Positions 29,510 through 39,712 are shown, counted from the stretch's first letter. The stretch is 64,000 nt of DNA from an uncultured Acidimicrobiaceae bacterium (GCA_964648795.1 CAZYMB010000002.1:131643-195642), one strand, 5' to 3'. Notes: generated by a model from the letters alone, not told the origin. Program-made: numbers and translations.

Positions 29510-30892
29510 TTAGTTTAATATGACTTGACTAAGCTCTGCTGCACTATTTTCTGGGGCCCTGAACTCTATTAGGGCGAATTTTGCGTCTACGCTGTCGGAC
29601 AACTCAATGGTCGTTGAGTTATCAAACATCAACTCGACAATTGGTTCGTTCAGTCGGTCGTCGATGCCGAACAACTCCAGACTTACAACCCAGTCTTGCC
29701 CAGTCGCATTGATGGCGACTTGTGATATTTCCGATTGTCGGTTTAGTTCGAGCAAGATCGATTGGCCTGACTGAGTAGAAGGAAGACCAATGTTGGTGGG
29801 AGCTCGGGAGAGTTCTTGACGACTTAAGATGTCATTGTCAGCATCCAAAATCGAAACTGCAGCTAGAGTAATCGGCCGGTCGTCCCCATTGCTGTTGCCG
29901 AAGCCAGTAATCGAGATGACAAGCAGCCATATTGCCAGGATAAGAGACCCGACGAAAACCAAGCAGCCAATGACGCCATAGCGCCAGCTGATGTGGTGGT
30001 TGGTGAACTCTTCATCATCTTCCATAAAACCCTGCAGCGATGGTCTGGGCACGTAGGTGCCGGCAGATGTTTTGCGTGCGGCTTCTATGAATTCCTTGGC
30101 ACTCTTGTAGCGAGCGTTCGGATTGGTAGCCAGAGCTTTTTTAAAGAAATGGTCGTAACCAAGGTCTAGATCTGGTCGGAGTTCGCTTGGGGGAGTAGGA
30201 ACAGTTTGTAGTCGAGCAAGAGCCATTTCAGTATCGGTTCCACCGTTAAATGGAGTCTCGCCAGTTAGCGCTTCGTAAAGGACGATGGCCAGTGAATAAA
30301 GGTCGCTACTTGCATCAACGGTCCCGCCATTAATTTGTTCCGGTGCAACATACTTGGCAGTACCCAGCAAACTGCCGGTTTCCGTTAGATCAAGGTCACC
30401 TGTAGCTTTCGCTATCCCAAAGTCAGTGATAACGCTAGGCCCGCTTTTCTGGAGCATTATGTTTGCAGGCTTGATGTCTCGGTGAATTATGCCGCTGTCG
30501 TGAGCAACGTTAAGAGCGGCTGCGATTTCAACTCCGATGTCCATAACTTTCTTAGGGAACAAAGGCCCGTCGGAATCCATGACCTCACGCAGATCCCGGC
30601 CTTCGATGTATTCCATAACGATGGCGTTAACTGGGTCTTCGATTGTTTCGATAATGTTTACGATTGATTTGTGTTCTAGCTGCTTAGCTCTAAGCGCTTC
30701 ACGCTTGAATCGTGAGCGAAAGCCCTCGTCTGTGGCCAGGTGCTGGTGGAGTAATTTTATTGCAACGCTTTGATTGGTGGTTAAGTCGTTGGCTATCCAG
30801 ACTTGTGCCATCCCACCGGTGGCAATTCGCTGAATCAGCTCATAGCGGGTGGCTAGGACGAGTCCCTGTTCGATTGTCAATGTCTCGGCCAT
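29510..30892 (-). CDS. Hanks-type Ser/Thr protein kinase with single TM and extracellular C-terminal domain
   Basis: G-loop IATGGMAQVW, VAIK, catalytic HRDIKPANIM, TDFGIAK, YVAPE, and TM GVIGCLVFVGSLILAIWLLVISI. All catalytic motifs are intact. Confidence 0.9.
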   Translation of the reverse strand: MAETLTIEQGLVLATRYELIQRIATGGMAQVWIANDLTTNQSVAIKLLHQHLATDEGFRSRFKREALRAKQLEHKSIVNIIETIEDPVNAIVMEYIEGRDLREVMDSDGPLFPKKVMDIGVEIAAALNVAHDSGIIHRDIKPANIMLQKSGPSVITDFGIAKATGDLDLTETGSLLGTAKYVAPEQINGGTVDASSDLYSLAIVLYEALTGETPFNGGTDTEMALARLQTVPTPPSELRPDLDLGYDHFFKKALATNPNARYKSAKEFIEAARKTSAGTYVPRPSLQGFMEDDEEFTNHHISWRYGVIGCLVFVGSLILAIWLLVISITGFGNSNGDDRPITLAAVSILDADNDILSRQELSRAPTNIGLPSTQSGQSILLELNRQSEISQVAINATGQDWVVSLELFGIDDRLNEPIVELMFDNSTTIELSDSVDAKFALIEFRAPENSAAELSQVILN

Positions 30893-32633
30893 CTATTTTG
30901 CCCCCGCCTAGGTCTATTCCATTATAAGGCGGCTCTTCGTCTTCTAAACTCACAATTCTCGGCTCCGCTATAGAGGAGGAATCGCTGTTTCGGCGAACTG
31001 TCCAACCCCACCAGGCCAGCAAAGAAGCTAGTGCCAGAGCGGAGAGACCGACACCCATGCCTGGAAAAGCCGTGGATCTGACGGGGAGGCTCTCGCTAGA
31101 TACGGTGACCCTTGAATCTAGGGTTGTTAGTGAGATGTCTAGATCTGTGCTGCCCAGAGAGCGAAATTCCACCCTTATGTTTTCCAGATTTGTGCCCGGT
31201 TCAACCGTAATTTGCCTGGATGACTCTGCGATTGTTGCCTTTTCACTGTCAGCGTTTAAAGTCAGTTGCCTGGTTGTGTCGCTATTGTTTACGATCGTGA
31301 CGGGTAGCTCTGCTTCGGTCGACGCCACATTTATCTGTTGGCCTGAGAGGATTTCGACCTGCGCCAAGTCGGTAGTTATCTCGGCGGTGAGGCTTGCTAG
31401 TTCAGGTTCTGCAATGTCTTCATCTAGAAGTTCTATTAGCTGTCTCTGGTAGCCCAACCCAGTTGCGATTGTGTCGTCGCCCTGAGAAGCAAAGCTGCGA
31501 GCAAGTTGAAATGCCATTGCTAGCTCTGTGCTGTTGCTGTAGCTAGTGATTTGGTTGCTGGTCGGAAGGTCTCGCGTGGACAGTATTTCATTATTAGCAA
31601 GACTGGTTCCTGCGAAGTCTTCGAGAAGAGCTTCGGCAGCCCCAAGGTCAACTTGGGCTCTAAGATCTAGGGGGACCACAGGTGCAAGGGTTGCTAACTT
31701 TACAGCAGCTTCAGATACCGCAGAACTAGGCAACTGAATAATCGGCTCTGCAGAAACGATTGGATGGACCTGCGTATCGAGTACGTCATTTGGTCGGTAC
31801 GCCTCGCTGACCGAACTGTCGGTTAGAACAAATTGGTTTATGCCTGAATCGGAAAATGCTTGGTAGGTCTGCAGGTCTGGTTCTTGCTCTATCAGTGTGA
31901 AAGAAGGCAGTACCGCTATGCCAATCTCTGATAGTTGTTCGTTACCATTTTCGACAAGAACAATAAGTTCATCTAAGAGTTCTGATGCGTTGACCTGGGA
32001 GATATCTGCATTGGTCGAGGCATAGCTGAAAGCAGTCGAGTTCTCTAAAGCGCTAACCGCCCTGGAACGAAGATCAGCATTTTCTAGAAGTAGTTCTATC
32101 GCAGCGATATCAAGCGCTACTAAGGCACCCCCATTGGTGCGCTCAAGTAGATCGAAAGTCATGGCAAGTCCTTCGCTATCTGTAATCAGAGCGAGGGTAG
32201 GGTCCGGGGTGGCATCGTTTGTCGTTACGTTCAGAACGGTCTCGGTTGCGGCGATAGTGGTTTCTGAATTTGTGAGCTCTATGCCAATGATGTACGTTCC
32301 AGGTCCGGGGATCAGAGTGCTGTCAGTTTCGGATGAACTAAGGGATCGAATATCAAGTTGCCAATCGGTTTGATTCGATTCCACTTCGACCGGAATTTCA
32401 TCGAAGCGATGTATCGGGATGCGGCTTCCGTCTTCGATGGCGAAGACTGTGATGTTTGCGCTAACTGCTTCCTCTGTGGCATCGGTAGCGAACGTGAGAT
32501 TCCAGGTTCCATCATTTGGCACATGCCAATCTTGTGAGAGCACTTCGATTGAGGAACGCTGCTGGGCGGCAGCGGTTCCAGGTATTGAAATTATGAGGCC
32601 AAAAAGTAGCAGTGCTACTAACTTCTTTGCCAT
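30840..32633 (-). CDS. Large secreted, C-terminally anchored protein (possibly DUF6049/Rv3909-like by position)
   Basis: Signal peptide MAKKLVALLLFGLIISIPGTAAAQQ and C-terminal TM GVGLSALALASLLAWWGW. The family guess rests on synteny only. The 3' end overlaps the kinase start by 53 nt. Confidence 0.55.
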   Translation of the reverse strand: MAKKLVALLLFGLIISIPGTAAAQQRSSIEVLSQDWHVPNDGTWNLTFATDATEEAVSANITVFAIEDGSRIPIHRFDEIPVEVESNQTDWQLDIRSLSSSETDSTLIPGPGTYIIGIELTNSETTIAATETVLNVTTNDATPDPTLALITDSEGLAMTFDLLERTNGGALVALDIAAIELLLENADLRSRAVSALENSTAFSYASTNADISQVNASELLDELIVLVENGNEQLSEIGIAVLPSFTLIEQEPDLQTYQAFSDSGINQFVLTDSSVSEAYRPNDVLDTQVHPIVSAEPIIQLPSSAVSEAAVKLATLAPVVPLDLRAQVDLGAAEALLEDFAGTSLANNEILSTRDLPTSNQITSYSNSTELAMAFQLARSFASQGDDTIATGLGYQRQLIELLDEDIAEPELASLTAEITTDLAQVEILSGQQINVASTEAELPVTIVNNSDTTRQLTLNADSEKATIAESSRQITVEPGTNLENIRVEFRSLGSTDLDISLTTLDSRVTVSSESLPVRSTAFPGMGVGLSALALASLLAWWGWTVRRNSDSSSIAEPRIVSLEDEEPPYNGIDLGGGKIDGRDIDNRTGTRPSHPL

Positions 32634-33289
32634 TTCAAAACGACCAATCCCTCTGATTCAAGTTGAAAACCCATCTTTGTGTATAGGTTCTGTGCTGCCA
32701 CATTAGGCAACTGCGTATTTACCATAGCCTTGTTGCAGCCTTGATGGTAGAGCCAATGGAGAGAATCCGTAACTAAATCGCTCCCAATGGATTGTCCACG
32801 CAATGCTGGGTCAACGCCAAGACGCTGAATGTAGCCGATTTCTTGCGTTGATCCGGTCAGGCAGTAACCGGCAATGGCTCCGTCGATTTCAACGACTCGG
32901 TTTGTGTTGTATTTGGTGGCTCGTCGGGCTCGGTTGAAGGAGCGTTTGTCGAAACGCCAGAACTGATCGAAACATAGTTGGTCTAGGTGCAACACAGTTT
33001 CGAGGTCTCGTCGCCTAGCGTCTCGGACACGATGGTTCGAACTCAGTGTTGGTTTTTCAACAGGTTTAGAAAGCAGATGTAGTCGTTCATGAACTACAAA
33101 ACCGGCGTCTAGAAATCGCCTGGCAGTTCTCTCAGGTAGCGCAGGTGTTACGGCTTCAAGGTTCTGTTGCCTCAATTTGCGTGTGGTTAAGTCAATCTGA
33201 GAAGCCGTTGTACTGTTTGGGTTCGTGGGTAGGACTAATCGCATTGAGCTACCTGAACGCCACTTTGTTGACCTTATTGCTACCGACAT
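32618..33289 (-). CDS. GNAT family N-acetyltransferase
   Basis: IQRLGVDPALRGQSIGSDLV (motif A) and NVAAQNLYTKMGF. Confidence 0.75.
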   Translation of the reverse strand: MSVAIRSTKWRSGSSMRLVLPTNPNSTTASQIDLTTRKLRQQNLEAVTPALPERTARRFLDAGFVVHERLHLLSKPVEKPTLSSNHRVRDARRRDLETVLHLDQLCFDQFWRFDKRSFNRARRATKYNTNRVVEIDGAIAGYCLTGSTQEIGYIQRLGVDPALRGQSIGSDLVTDSLHWLYHQGCNKAMVNTQLPNVAAQNLYTKMGFQLESEGLVVLKWQRS

Positions 33290-33365
33290 CTTCTATTAGA
33301 AGCTAGCCGCTAACCGATTAGAGAGTTGCAATTGTAGGTAGAAGACTTACAGGTAGGCTTCGGGA

Positions 33366-34568
33366 GTGAGTCCAACGTCTGATCGCCTGAAAACTATTTG
33401 CGAATCTATTGAGCTAGTGGTTCGGGGTTTTGCTGAGGCAGGTTATGAACTTTTTCTAGTAGGTGGGGTAGTACGGGACGCTTTGCTTGCCAATGGCGGC
33501 GAATACGACATTGACCTGACCACAAATGCAAGACCGGACCAAATTCGCGAGGTTATCGAACCAATAGCACAGAGCATTTGGGATCAGGGTGAGAGATTCG
33601 GAACGTTAGGGGCGAGAGTTGCGGGTAAGGATTTAGAAATCACCACGTACCGGGCTGAAGCCTACTCACCCGATTCTCGTAAACCAGAAGTTTCTTTCGG
33701 CGACACAATCCAGGACGACCTTGAGCGCAGGGATTTCACTATTAATGCCATTGCCTTTAACTGTATTGAAGACGAGCTATTGGATCCTTTTGGAGGCCAA
33801 CAAGACTTAACCAACAAGACCCTGCGTACTCCAGCCGACCCTATCCAGTCGTTTTCAGATGACCCTTTGCGAGTACTTCGAGCAGGTAGGTTCGCAGCCA
33901 GGCTAGATCTAAAGTTTGATCAAGACTTAGTTGCCGCTGCACGAGGCCAATCAGATCGAATGTCGGTAGTTTCTGCCGAACGAATCAATGTTGAGATTGA
34001 CAAACTTTTAGCTGCCGATCATCTCGAAGTCGGATTTGAGTTCTTAGCGGAGGCAAATTTCTTCGAACGGTATTTGGCTTGGCTCAGAGACAAAGAGTTG
34101 CGCGACACCTTTGTTATACAGGCTTCGCAAACTAGCGATGTAAGTATTAGACGGGTGATCCTCTTTAGTTCGGCGCCCGATGCAGCTACTTCGATGCAAG
34201 AGCTTAAGTACTCAAAGACTGACACGAACTTCGTGATCTCGACTCTGTCAGCCATTGCTGAGCTAGAGAGCTCAAGTGATAGCCGGGCGACGCTTCGTAA
34301 ACTAATTCATCGTAAGCCAGAGGTGGTTGCTGCTGGGGTCGAGTGCGTTTCTATTGCTGGAAACCATGAGGTTGTAGCTACTTACAAAGAGCTAATTGAG
34401 TTAGAAGGCGAAAGGCTATTCTTGCCGATCACAGGCGACGAGGTAATGGCTCGATTGGGGATCGCTTCTGGACCAGCTGTTGGTGAAGCTTTGGATAAAG
34501 TCTCTAACGCAATGTATGAGCGGGGCCCAATCACGGCTGATGAGGCTTGGGAGTTGCTAGCCGATTAG
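33366..34568 (+). CDS. CCA-adding tRNA nucleotidyltransferase / poly(A) polymerase family
   Basis: LVGGVVRDALL...DIDLTT head-domain motif, RRDFTINAIA, and a PcnA-like syntenic position. Confidence 0.85.
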   Translation: MSPTSDRLKTICESIELVVRGFAEAGYELFLVGGVVRDALLANGGEYDIDLTTNARPDQIREVIEPIAQSIWDQGERFGTLGARVAGKDLEITTYRAEAYSPDSRKPEVSFGDTIQDDLERRDFTINAIAFNCIEDELLDPFGGQQDLTNKTLRTPADPIQSFSDDPLRVLRAGRFAARLDLKFDQDLVAAARGQSDRMSVVSAERINVEIDKLLAADHLEVGFEFLAEANFFERYLAWLRDKELRDTFVIQASQTSDVSIRRVILFSSAPDAATSMQELKYSKTDTNFVISTLSAIAELESSSDSRATLRKLIHRKPEVVAAGVECVSIAGNHEVVATYKELIELEGERLFLPITGDEVMARLGIASGPAVGEALDKVSNAMYERGPITADEAWELLAD

Positions 34569-34771
34569 GTAGTTGGCGGGTAATAGTTGGCTCTTATATA
34601 TAGAGCACTAGCACCACGTGGGTGTGAGCAGTTGCACCCATAATGGCTCAAACAGCCAAATACGACTACCAACTTTGTCTTAGCCAAGGTACTCTGGGGT
34701 TAGATCAAAAAGGCGGATCTGCGTGGGCTTCGTTAAAATGATCTTGTGGCTAAATATGGGTAGCCGAGGGT

Positions 34772-37732
34772 ATGACTAACATTTTTAAAACAATGCCAGG
34801 CATTATTTCTAGACCGGCTTATGTGGCTGATAGGTCTCGCAATCCTTTGTGGCGCCTACGAAGAGCCATGTTCGGCTTGTTCGTTCTAGGTTGCTTGGGC
34901 TTATTCGCAATTGCCTCCTACTACTTCACTATTGATCTTCCTGGTACTTCGACTGAACAGGCGCAAGCCTCTCATATATGTTTGGACGAGTTACAAGAAC
35001 GAGGTTCTTGTAACGCTCGGGTTGCTGTTGCTTCTGCAGCCCAAGCTGATGCAGATCGCGAAACGATCGATGACTTAGACGCCGTCCCAGGAGTTGTTAT
35101 CGATGCTCTTGTCGCAACAGAAGATCAGGACTTCTTTGATCACCGTGGTGTTAATACACGCGGTATCGCAAGAGCCGGTTTTCAGACAGCCAAACGAATC
35201 GTAACCGGTAGTGGAAGTCTTCAGGGTGGCTCTTCAATCACTCAGCAGCTAGTCAGTGAGAGATACCTTGACCCGACTAAGAAGTTCGATCTTGCGTCGA
35301 AGCCAGAAGAGATTGCTCTTTCTATTAAGTTAGAGCGTCGACTGCAATCAGAAGTTACTTGTGCTGATGGCATCTCTAGTGAGCGTTGCGCTAAGAATGA
35401 AGTTCTTAGACAGTACTTCAATACTGTGTTTTATGGTCGTGGCGTAAATGGTGTTAAGAGTGCAGCACGCGTTTACTTTGACAAAGACATCACCGAAGTT
35501 AACCTTGAGGAAGCAGCCTTTCTTGCCGGGGTCCTCCGTAACCCAGGAAGCGCCGAACCAACAAACAACCCTGATGAGGCGCGTCGTCGTATCGACGTAA
35601 CACTGCAGTTCATGCTCAACCAAGGCTATATAACTCAGATCGAACTTGACGAAGCTCAGGCTCGTATGGTGCAGAACTTTACTAATAATCCAGAGCTCGG
35701 CCAGCCACTACCTAATTTCGTTGACAAGGTTTCCAAAGAAGGGCTTGGCGAAGTCGAGTTTTCCGAATTCGGCAGTGAGTATTTTGTCGATGAAGTTTGG
35801 CAACAAGTCGACGCAGTATTCCCAGGCCAAAGATTCTCTGGCGGTCTAAAGGTATATACGACTCTTGATCCAGTAGCGCAGCAAGCTGCATGGAATTCTG
35901 TTACCGGAACAATCGACCCAAACAATCCAGAGCTTCCAGATGCAGCACTAGTAAGTGTGGATGGTCAAGGTTTGGTACGAGCACTGATCGGTGGATCCGA
36001 CTTTGCGAATCAACCATTTAACTTTGCGACTGCTAGAGGAAGCGCAGGCCGCCAGCCTGGTTCGACCTTTAAGACGATTGGTCTAGCCGCAGCAATCGAA
36101 GATGGAATCAGTGTTGACTCGTTGTTCACAGCGCCTCGTGAGATTGAAATTCCATCTGGCTACAACGGTGTCCCTCTAGGAGACACTTGGACTGTTGGTG
36201 GAGGCCGTTTCGATGACGCTACCTTCCCTAACTTCATAAATCTAGAACAAGCTACTTGGAGCTCAACCAACACTGTGTTCGCCCAGCTTCCATTCGCATT
36301 CGAAAATGGTACCGGCCCAGAAAGAATTGTAGAAACAGCACGAGCTCTTGGTATCAACTCTGATTTTGGTAACCCTGAGCCTTCGTTTATTCTTGGTTCA
36401 AGAGAAGTTTCGGTCATTGACTTGGCAGGCGCTTACTCTACGTTTGAGCGTGGGGGACATCAGATAGATCCTCGAGTTATCGAACGTATTGAAGACTCAA
36501 ACGGTCGAGTTATTTGTTGGTATCCATCTAACGGTGAATGCGTAGACGCCGGTACAGATACCCCACCATCTCTTATTGAGGGCGATCCAGCAATCCGTCG
36601 AGAAACAGCGCAACAAATTAACCAAGTACTTCGTGGGGTCATTAACAACGGAACCGGTCAGCGTGCAGCGATTGGTCGGCCAGCAGCAGGCAAGACTGGA
36701 ACTTCCCAGGGCAACCGGGATGCATGGTTTGCCGGTTACACCTGTGACCTAACTACAGCGGTTTGGGTTGGTTACGATGACAACCGCAACATGCAAAACT
36801 TGTCGAGCCTGTTCCCAGGACAGCTTGGCAACTCTGGCGATATCCAGGGTGGTAATTTACCTGCAGGTATATGGGGTGAGTACACCTCTGCGGCCGCGAC
36901 GTCGGATTGTCAAACCTTGGATGTAACATCCAACTTCAGTGGCAATGTGCTCAATGCTGATCTAGTTAGCGAGCTACAAGCATGTTCTGTCATTGGCCTT
37001 CCTGGAGAATTAAACCCTGGCGAAGGCGTCAAGTCAGATGAAGACGCTATCGATCCAACTGGACCTACAACCTCGATCGATCCAGGAAACGGACCTCAAC
37101 CAAGCCAGATTCCTGATCAGACTGCTCCAGAAGTGTTGGTTCCTGAGATCATCATTCCCGACAGGCTTGTCCCAGTAGACCCAGAGCCAGCTGAAGTTGT
37201 TCCAGAAGTAGGCGAAGTCCTACCTGCTAGCTTCTCATTCATACCGTTCCAAGCTCGGAACCAGAATCAGGCACAAAATCAGAATCAGGCACAAAACGGG
37301 AATCTAAATCAGGGTAATAACAACGTTGAGATTGAATCTGATTGTTTGGTGCCTGGCGATGGCGTCGATAAGCGTTGGGTTATCGCAGGCTCAGAGGGTG
37401 CTGCGCCAGATCCGAGCGGCCCAGTAATTACGCCGCCGACGACGAACCAAGACTTTGATTCGACTAGCTCTTCAATAATCGATGGCGAAGATACAACTAC
37501 TACATTTGACAATGAATTTGAGCCTTCGACCACGTTGCCGCCGGCCACTATTGAGCCTGCGCCATCTACGACGTTGACAGACAGCACGGTACTGGTTCCA
37601 GAACCTGATCCTGGTCCTGGTGCCACAAATGCACCGGCGTTGCCAGCTCCGCGAACTACCTTGGATGAAACTCAAATTCCTGAACAAGGACTACTTCCAG
37701 GCTTTGGCGACATACGGGATCGCCTTAACTAG
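34772..37732 (+). CDS. Class A penicillin-binding protein (transglycosylase + transpeptidase) with about 260-aa low-complexity tail
   Basis: GT51 motifs TEDQDFFDHRGV and GGSSITQQL. Transpeptidase motifs STFK, SSTN and KTGTS. Tail includes QARNQNQAQNQNQAQNGNLNQGNNN and P/T/E-rich segments. Confidence 0.92.
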   Translation: MTNIFKTMPGIISRPAYVADRSRNPLWRLRRAMFGLFVLGCLGLFAIASYYFTIDLPGTSTEQAQASHICLDELQERGSCNARVAVASAAQADADRETIDDLDAVPGVVIDALVATEDQDFFDHRGVNTRGIARAGFQTAKRIVTGSGSLQGGSSITQQLVSERYLDPTKKFDLASKPEEIALSIKLERRLQSEVTCADGISSERCAKNEVLRQYFNTVFYGRGVNGVKSAARVYFDKDITEVNLEEAAFLAGVLRNPGSAEPTNNPDEARRRIDVTLQFMLNQGYITQIELDEAQARMVQNFTNNPELGQPLPNFVDKVSKEGLGEVEFSEFGSEYFVDEVWQQVDAVFPGQRFSGGLKVYTTLDPVAQQAAWNSVTGTIDPNNPELPDAALVSVDGQGLVRALIGGSDFANQPFNFATARGSAGRQPGSTFKTIGLAAAIEDGISVDSLFTAPREIEIPSGYNGVPLGDTWTVGGGRFDDATFPNFINLEQATWSSTNTVFAQLPFAFENGTGPERIVETARALGINSDFGNPEPSFILGSREVSVIDLAGAYSTFERGGHQIDPRVIERIEDSNGRVICWYPSNGECVDAGTDTPPSLIEGDPAIRRETAQQINQVLRGVINNGTGQRAAIGRPAAGKTGTSQGNRDAWFAGYTCDLTTAVWVGYDDNRNMQNLSSLFPGQLGNSGDIQGGNLPAGIWGEYTSAAATSDCQTLDVTSNFSGNVLNADLVSELQACSVIGLPGELNPGEGVKSDEDAIDPTGPTTSIDPGNGPQPSQIPDQTAPEVLVPEIIIPDRLVPVDPEPAEVVPEVGEVLPASFSFIPFQARNQNQAQNQNQAQNGNLNQGNNNVEIESDCLVPGDGVDKRWVIAGSEGAAPDPSGPVITPPTTNQDFDSTSSSIIDGEDTTTTFDNEFEPSTTLPPATIEPAPSTTLTDSTVLVPEPDPGPGATNAPALPAPRTTLDETQIPEQGLLPGFGDIRDRLN

Positions 37733-37749
37733 AGCCTTCGTGAATCACA

Positions 37750-37812
37750 ATATCTAGACAGTTGCGAACTGAAATATCTAGACAGTTGCGAACTGAAATA
37801 TCTGGACAGTTC
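37750..37812. repeat. 24-bp tandem direct repeat, about 2.6 copies, each with an internal CAGTTnnnAACTG palindrome
   Basis: atatctagacagttgcgaactgaa begins at 37750 and again at 37774. A third, degenerate copy (atatctggacagttcgggg) begins at 37798. Confidence 0.9.
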
Positions 37813-37924
37813 GGGGTAGAAAAGCTTTGTTCTCTCGCTAGTCTGTAGGCGTCGTAAGAAAAGCGGCACCCTGCTTCGAGAGGTTCTCGCAGCCCCATTA
37901 TCGGGTCCATAGGGAGGAATATCA

Positions 37925-38248
37925 ATGAGAGCTTATGAGCTCATGGTCATTTTTACCGCTGATTCAGAAGAGTCAGAAATTCAGACCACAGTTAACAAAC
38001 TAGGTGACATGGCCACAGAGGCCGATGGGACACTAGAAACAACAGATAAGTGGGGCGTACGACGCTTTGCTTACGAAATGAAGAAGGCTCGAGAGGGCTT
38101 TTATGTTGTTTGTCAATTCGTAGCGCCAAATGCTTTGTCAGAAATTGACAGAACCCTGCGCTTAGATGATTCTGTAATCAGACACAAGATGCTGAGATTG
38201 CCAGTCGATGAGGCTCATCGCCGTGGTCTAGCAGCTGTAACTAACTAA
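37925..38248 (+). CDS. rpsF: 30S ribosomal protein S6
   Basis: MRAYELMVIF...DKWGVRRFAYEM. RBS AGGGAGGA lies upstream. Confidence 0.95.
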   Translation: MRAYELMVIFTADSEESEIQTTVNKLGDMATEADGTLETTDKWGVRRFAYEMKKAREGFYVVCQFVAPNALSEIDRTLRLDDSVIRHKMLRLPVDEAHRRGLAAVTN

Positions 38249-38258
38249 GGAGTAAAAC

Positions 38259-38708
38259 ATGGCAGCAGATAATAACGTAACAGTAACAGGTAACGCCACC
38301 CGTGAACCAGAACTAAGGTTCACCCCATCAGGACAGGCTGTAGCCAACTTTGGCATTGCAGTTAACCGTCGCTGGCAGAACCGTCAAACACAAGAATGGG
38401 AAGAACAAGTTTCTTTCTTCGATGTAACAGCTTGGGCTCAGCTAGCAGAAAATGCTGCAGAGACAGTTTCTAAAGGAACCCGTGTAACTGTTTCTGGTCG
38501 TCTAGATCAGCGCAGCTGGGAAAACCAAGATGGTGACAAGCGTTCAAAAGTCGAGATCGTTGCAGACGATGTAGCGGTGAGCCTTAGATGGGCCACAGCT
38601 GATGTAGCTCGCAATGAGCGTGCTAACCCAGGCGACGGAAGCGCAGCTGGGATGAATCAACCAAACCAGGCAAAGCCTGCCCACAACCCTAACGAGGAGC
38701 CGTTCTAA
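38259..38708 (+). CDS. ssb: Single-stranded DNA-binding protein
   Basis: OB-fold N-terminus [33 protein letters not shown] and an acidic tip ...NEEPF. Confidence 0.95.
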   Translation: MAADNNVTVTGNATREPELRFTPSGQAVANFGIAVNRRWQNRQTQEWEEQVSFFDVTAWAQLAENAAETVSKGTRVTVSGRLDQRSWENQDGDKRSKVEIVADDVAVSLRWATADVARNERANPGDGSAAGMNQPNQAKPAHNPNEEPF

Positions 38709-39244
38709 TGCCTAAACCACAAAGAAAACCAATGGGCGGTCGCGGAGACCGAAAGTTTAAGAAGCGAGTAAGTCCACTAGCTTCTGCTGAAAATTCTTAC
38801 ATTGACTACAAAGATGTTGACCTTCTGAACAAGTTCATTTCGGACCGTTCTAAGATCCGCACTCGCAATGTAACGGGTAACACTATTCAGCAGCAGAAAG
38901 AAGTTGCTCGAGCGGTTAAGAATGCTCGTGAGATGGGACTTATTGCATACACTTCACGTGTAACCACGCAGCGTCGTGGACGTCGTGATCGCGATGACCG
39001 TCGACCTTCTCGTGGTGACAGCGATGACAGAAAGAACACGACTAATAAGAGTGATGTTCCAGCAGCAGTAGACACAGACGTCACCGATGCGCCAACTTCA
39101 GAAGCTCCAGTTCAAGAGACTCCAGTTGTTACTAGTCCAGCTCCAGCCCAGGAAGTTCCGGCTGTACCGGAAGCAGAAGCGAAAGCATCTGAGGCTCCGG
39201 CTGAAGAGGCTACACCGCCAACACCAGAGGAGGCAGCAGAATAA
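38708..39244 (+). CDS. rpsR: 30S ribosomal protein S18 with about 95-aa C-terminal extension
   Basis: Core [50 protein letters not shown], then an R/D-rich and P/E/A-rich tail. Start and stop overlap ssb and rplI (TAATG at both ends). Confidence 0.9.
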   Translation: MPKPQRKPMGGRGDRKFKKRVSPLASAENSYIDYKDVDLLNKFISDRSKIRTRNVTGNTIQQQKEVARAVKNAREMGLIAYTSRVTTQRRGRRDRDDRRPSRGDSDDRKNTTNKSDVPAAVDTDVTDAPTSEAPVQETPVVTSPAPAQEVPAVPEAEAKASEAPAEEATPPTPEEAAE

Positions 39245-39690
39245 TGCGAGTTCTACTTTATGAATCTGTTGAAGGTCTTGGTAATACTGGTGACATCGTT
39301 GAAGTTGCAGACGGTTACGCCCGCAACTCTTTAATTCCACGAAGAGTTGCTACCAAAGCAACCGATGGTGCTGTTGCTCAGGCTGAGAGAATGCGTAAAG
39401 CTTGGCAAGACAAGAACGCCGAAGAAGTTAGTGCTGCAACTGAAATTGCTGAGCGTCTAGCGGACACCTCCTTAGAGATGCCAGCTAAGACTTCACAAGA
39501 AGGCAAGTTGTTTGGCTCTATTGGTGCTCGTGAAATTGCAGATGCACTTTCTCTTGAATCAGGCGTTGACTTTGATCGTAAGACGGTTCAGTTAGACGAA
39601 CCAATCAAAGCCCTCGGGGAAACAGGCGTAACGGTTAGCACTCACCCTGAGGTATCTTTCGAGATCACAGTAAACGTCGTAGAGGGTTAA
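39244..39690 (+). CDS. rplI: 50S ribosomal protein L9
   Basis: [32 protein letters not shown]. Confidence 0.95.
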   Translation: MRVLLYESVEGLGNTGDIVEVADGYARNSLIPRRVATKATDGAVAQAERMRKAWQDKNAEEVSAATEIAERLADTSLEMPAKTSQEGKLFGSIGAREIADALSLESGVDFDRKTVQLDEPIKALGETGVTVSTHPEVSFEITVNVVEG

Positions 39691-39712
39691 TTATCTTTAG
39701 CAATAGGTCCTG

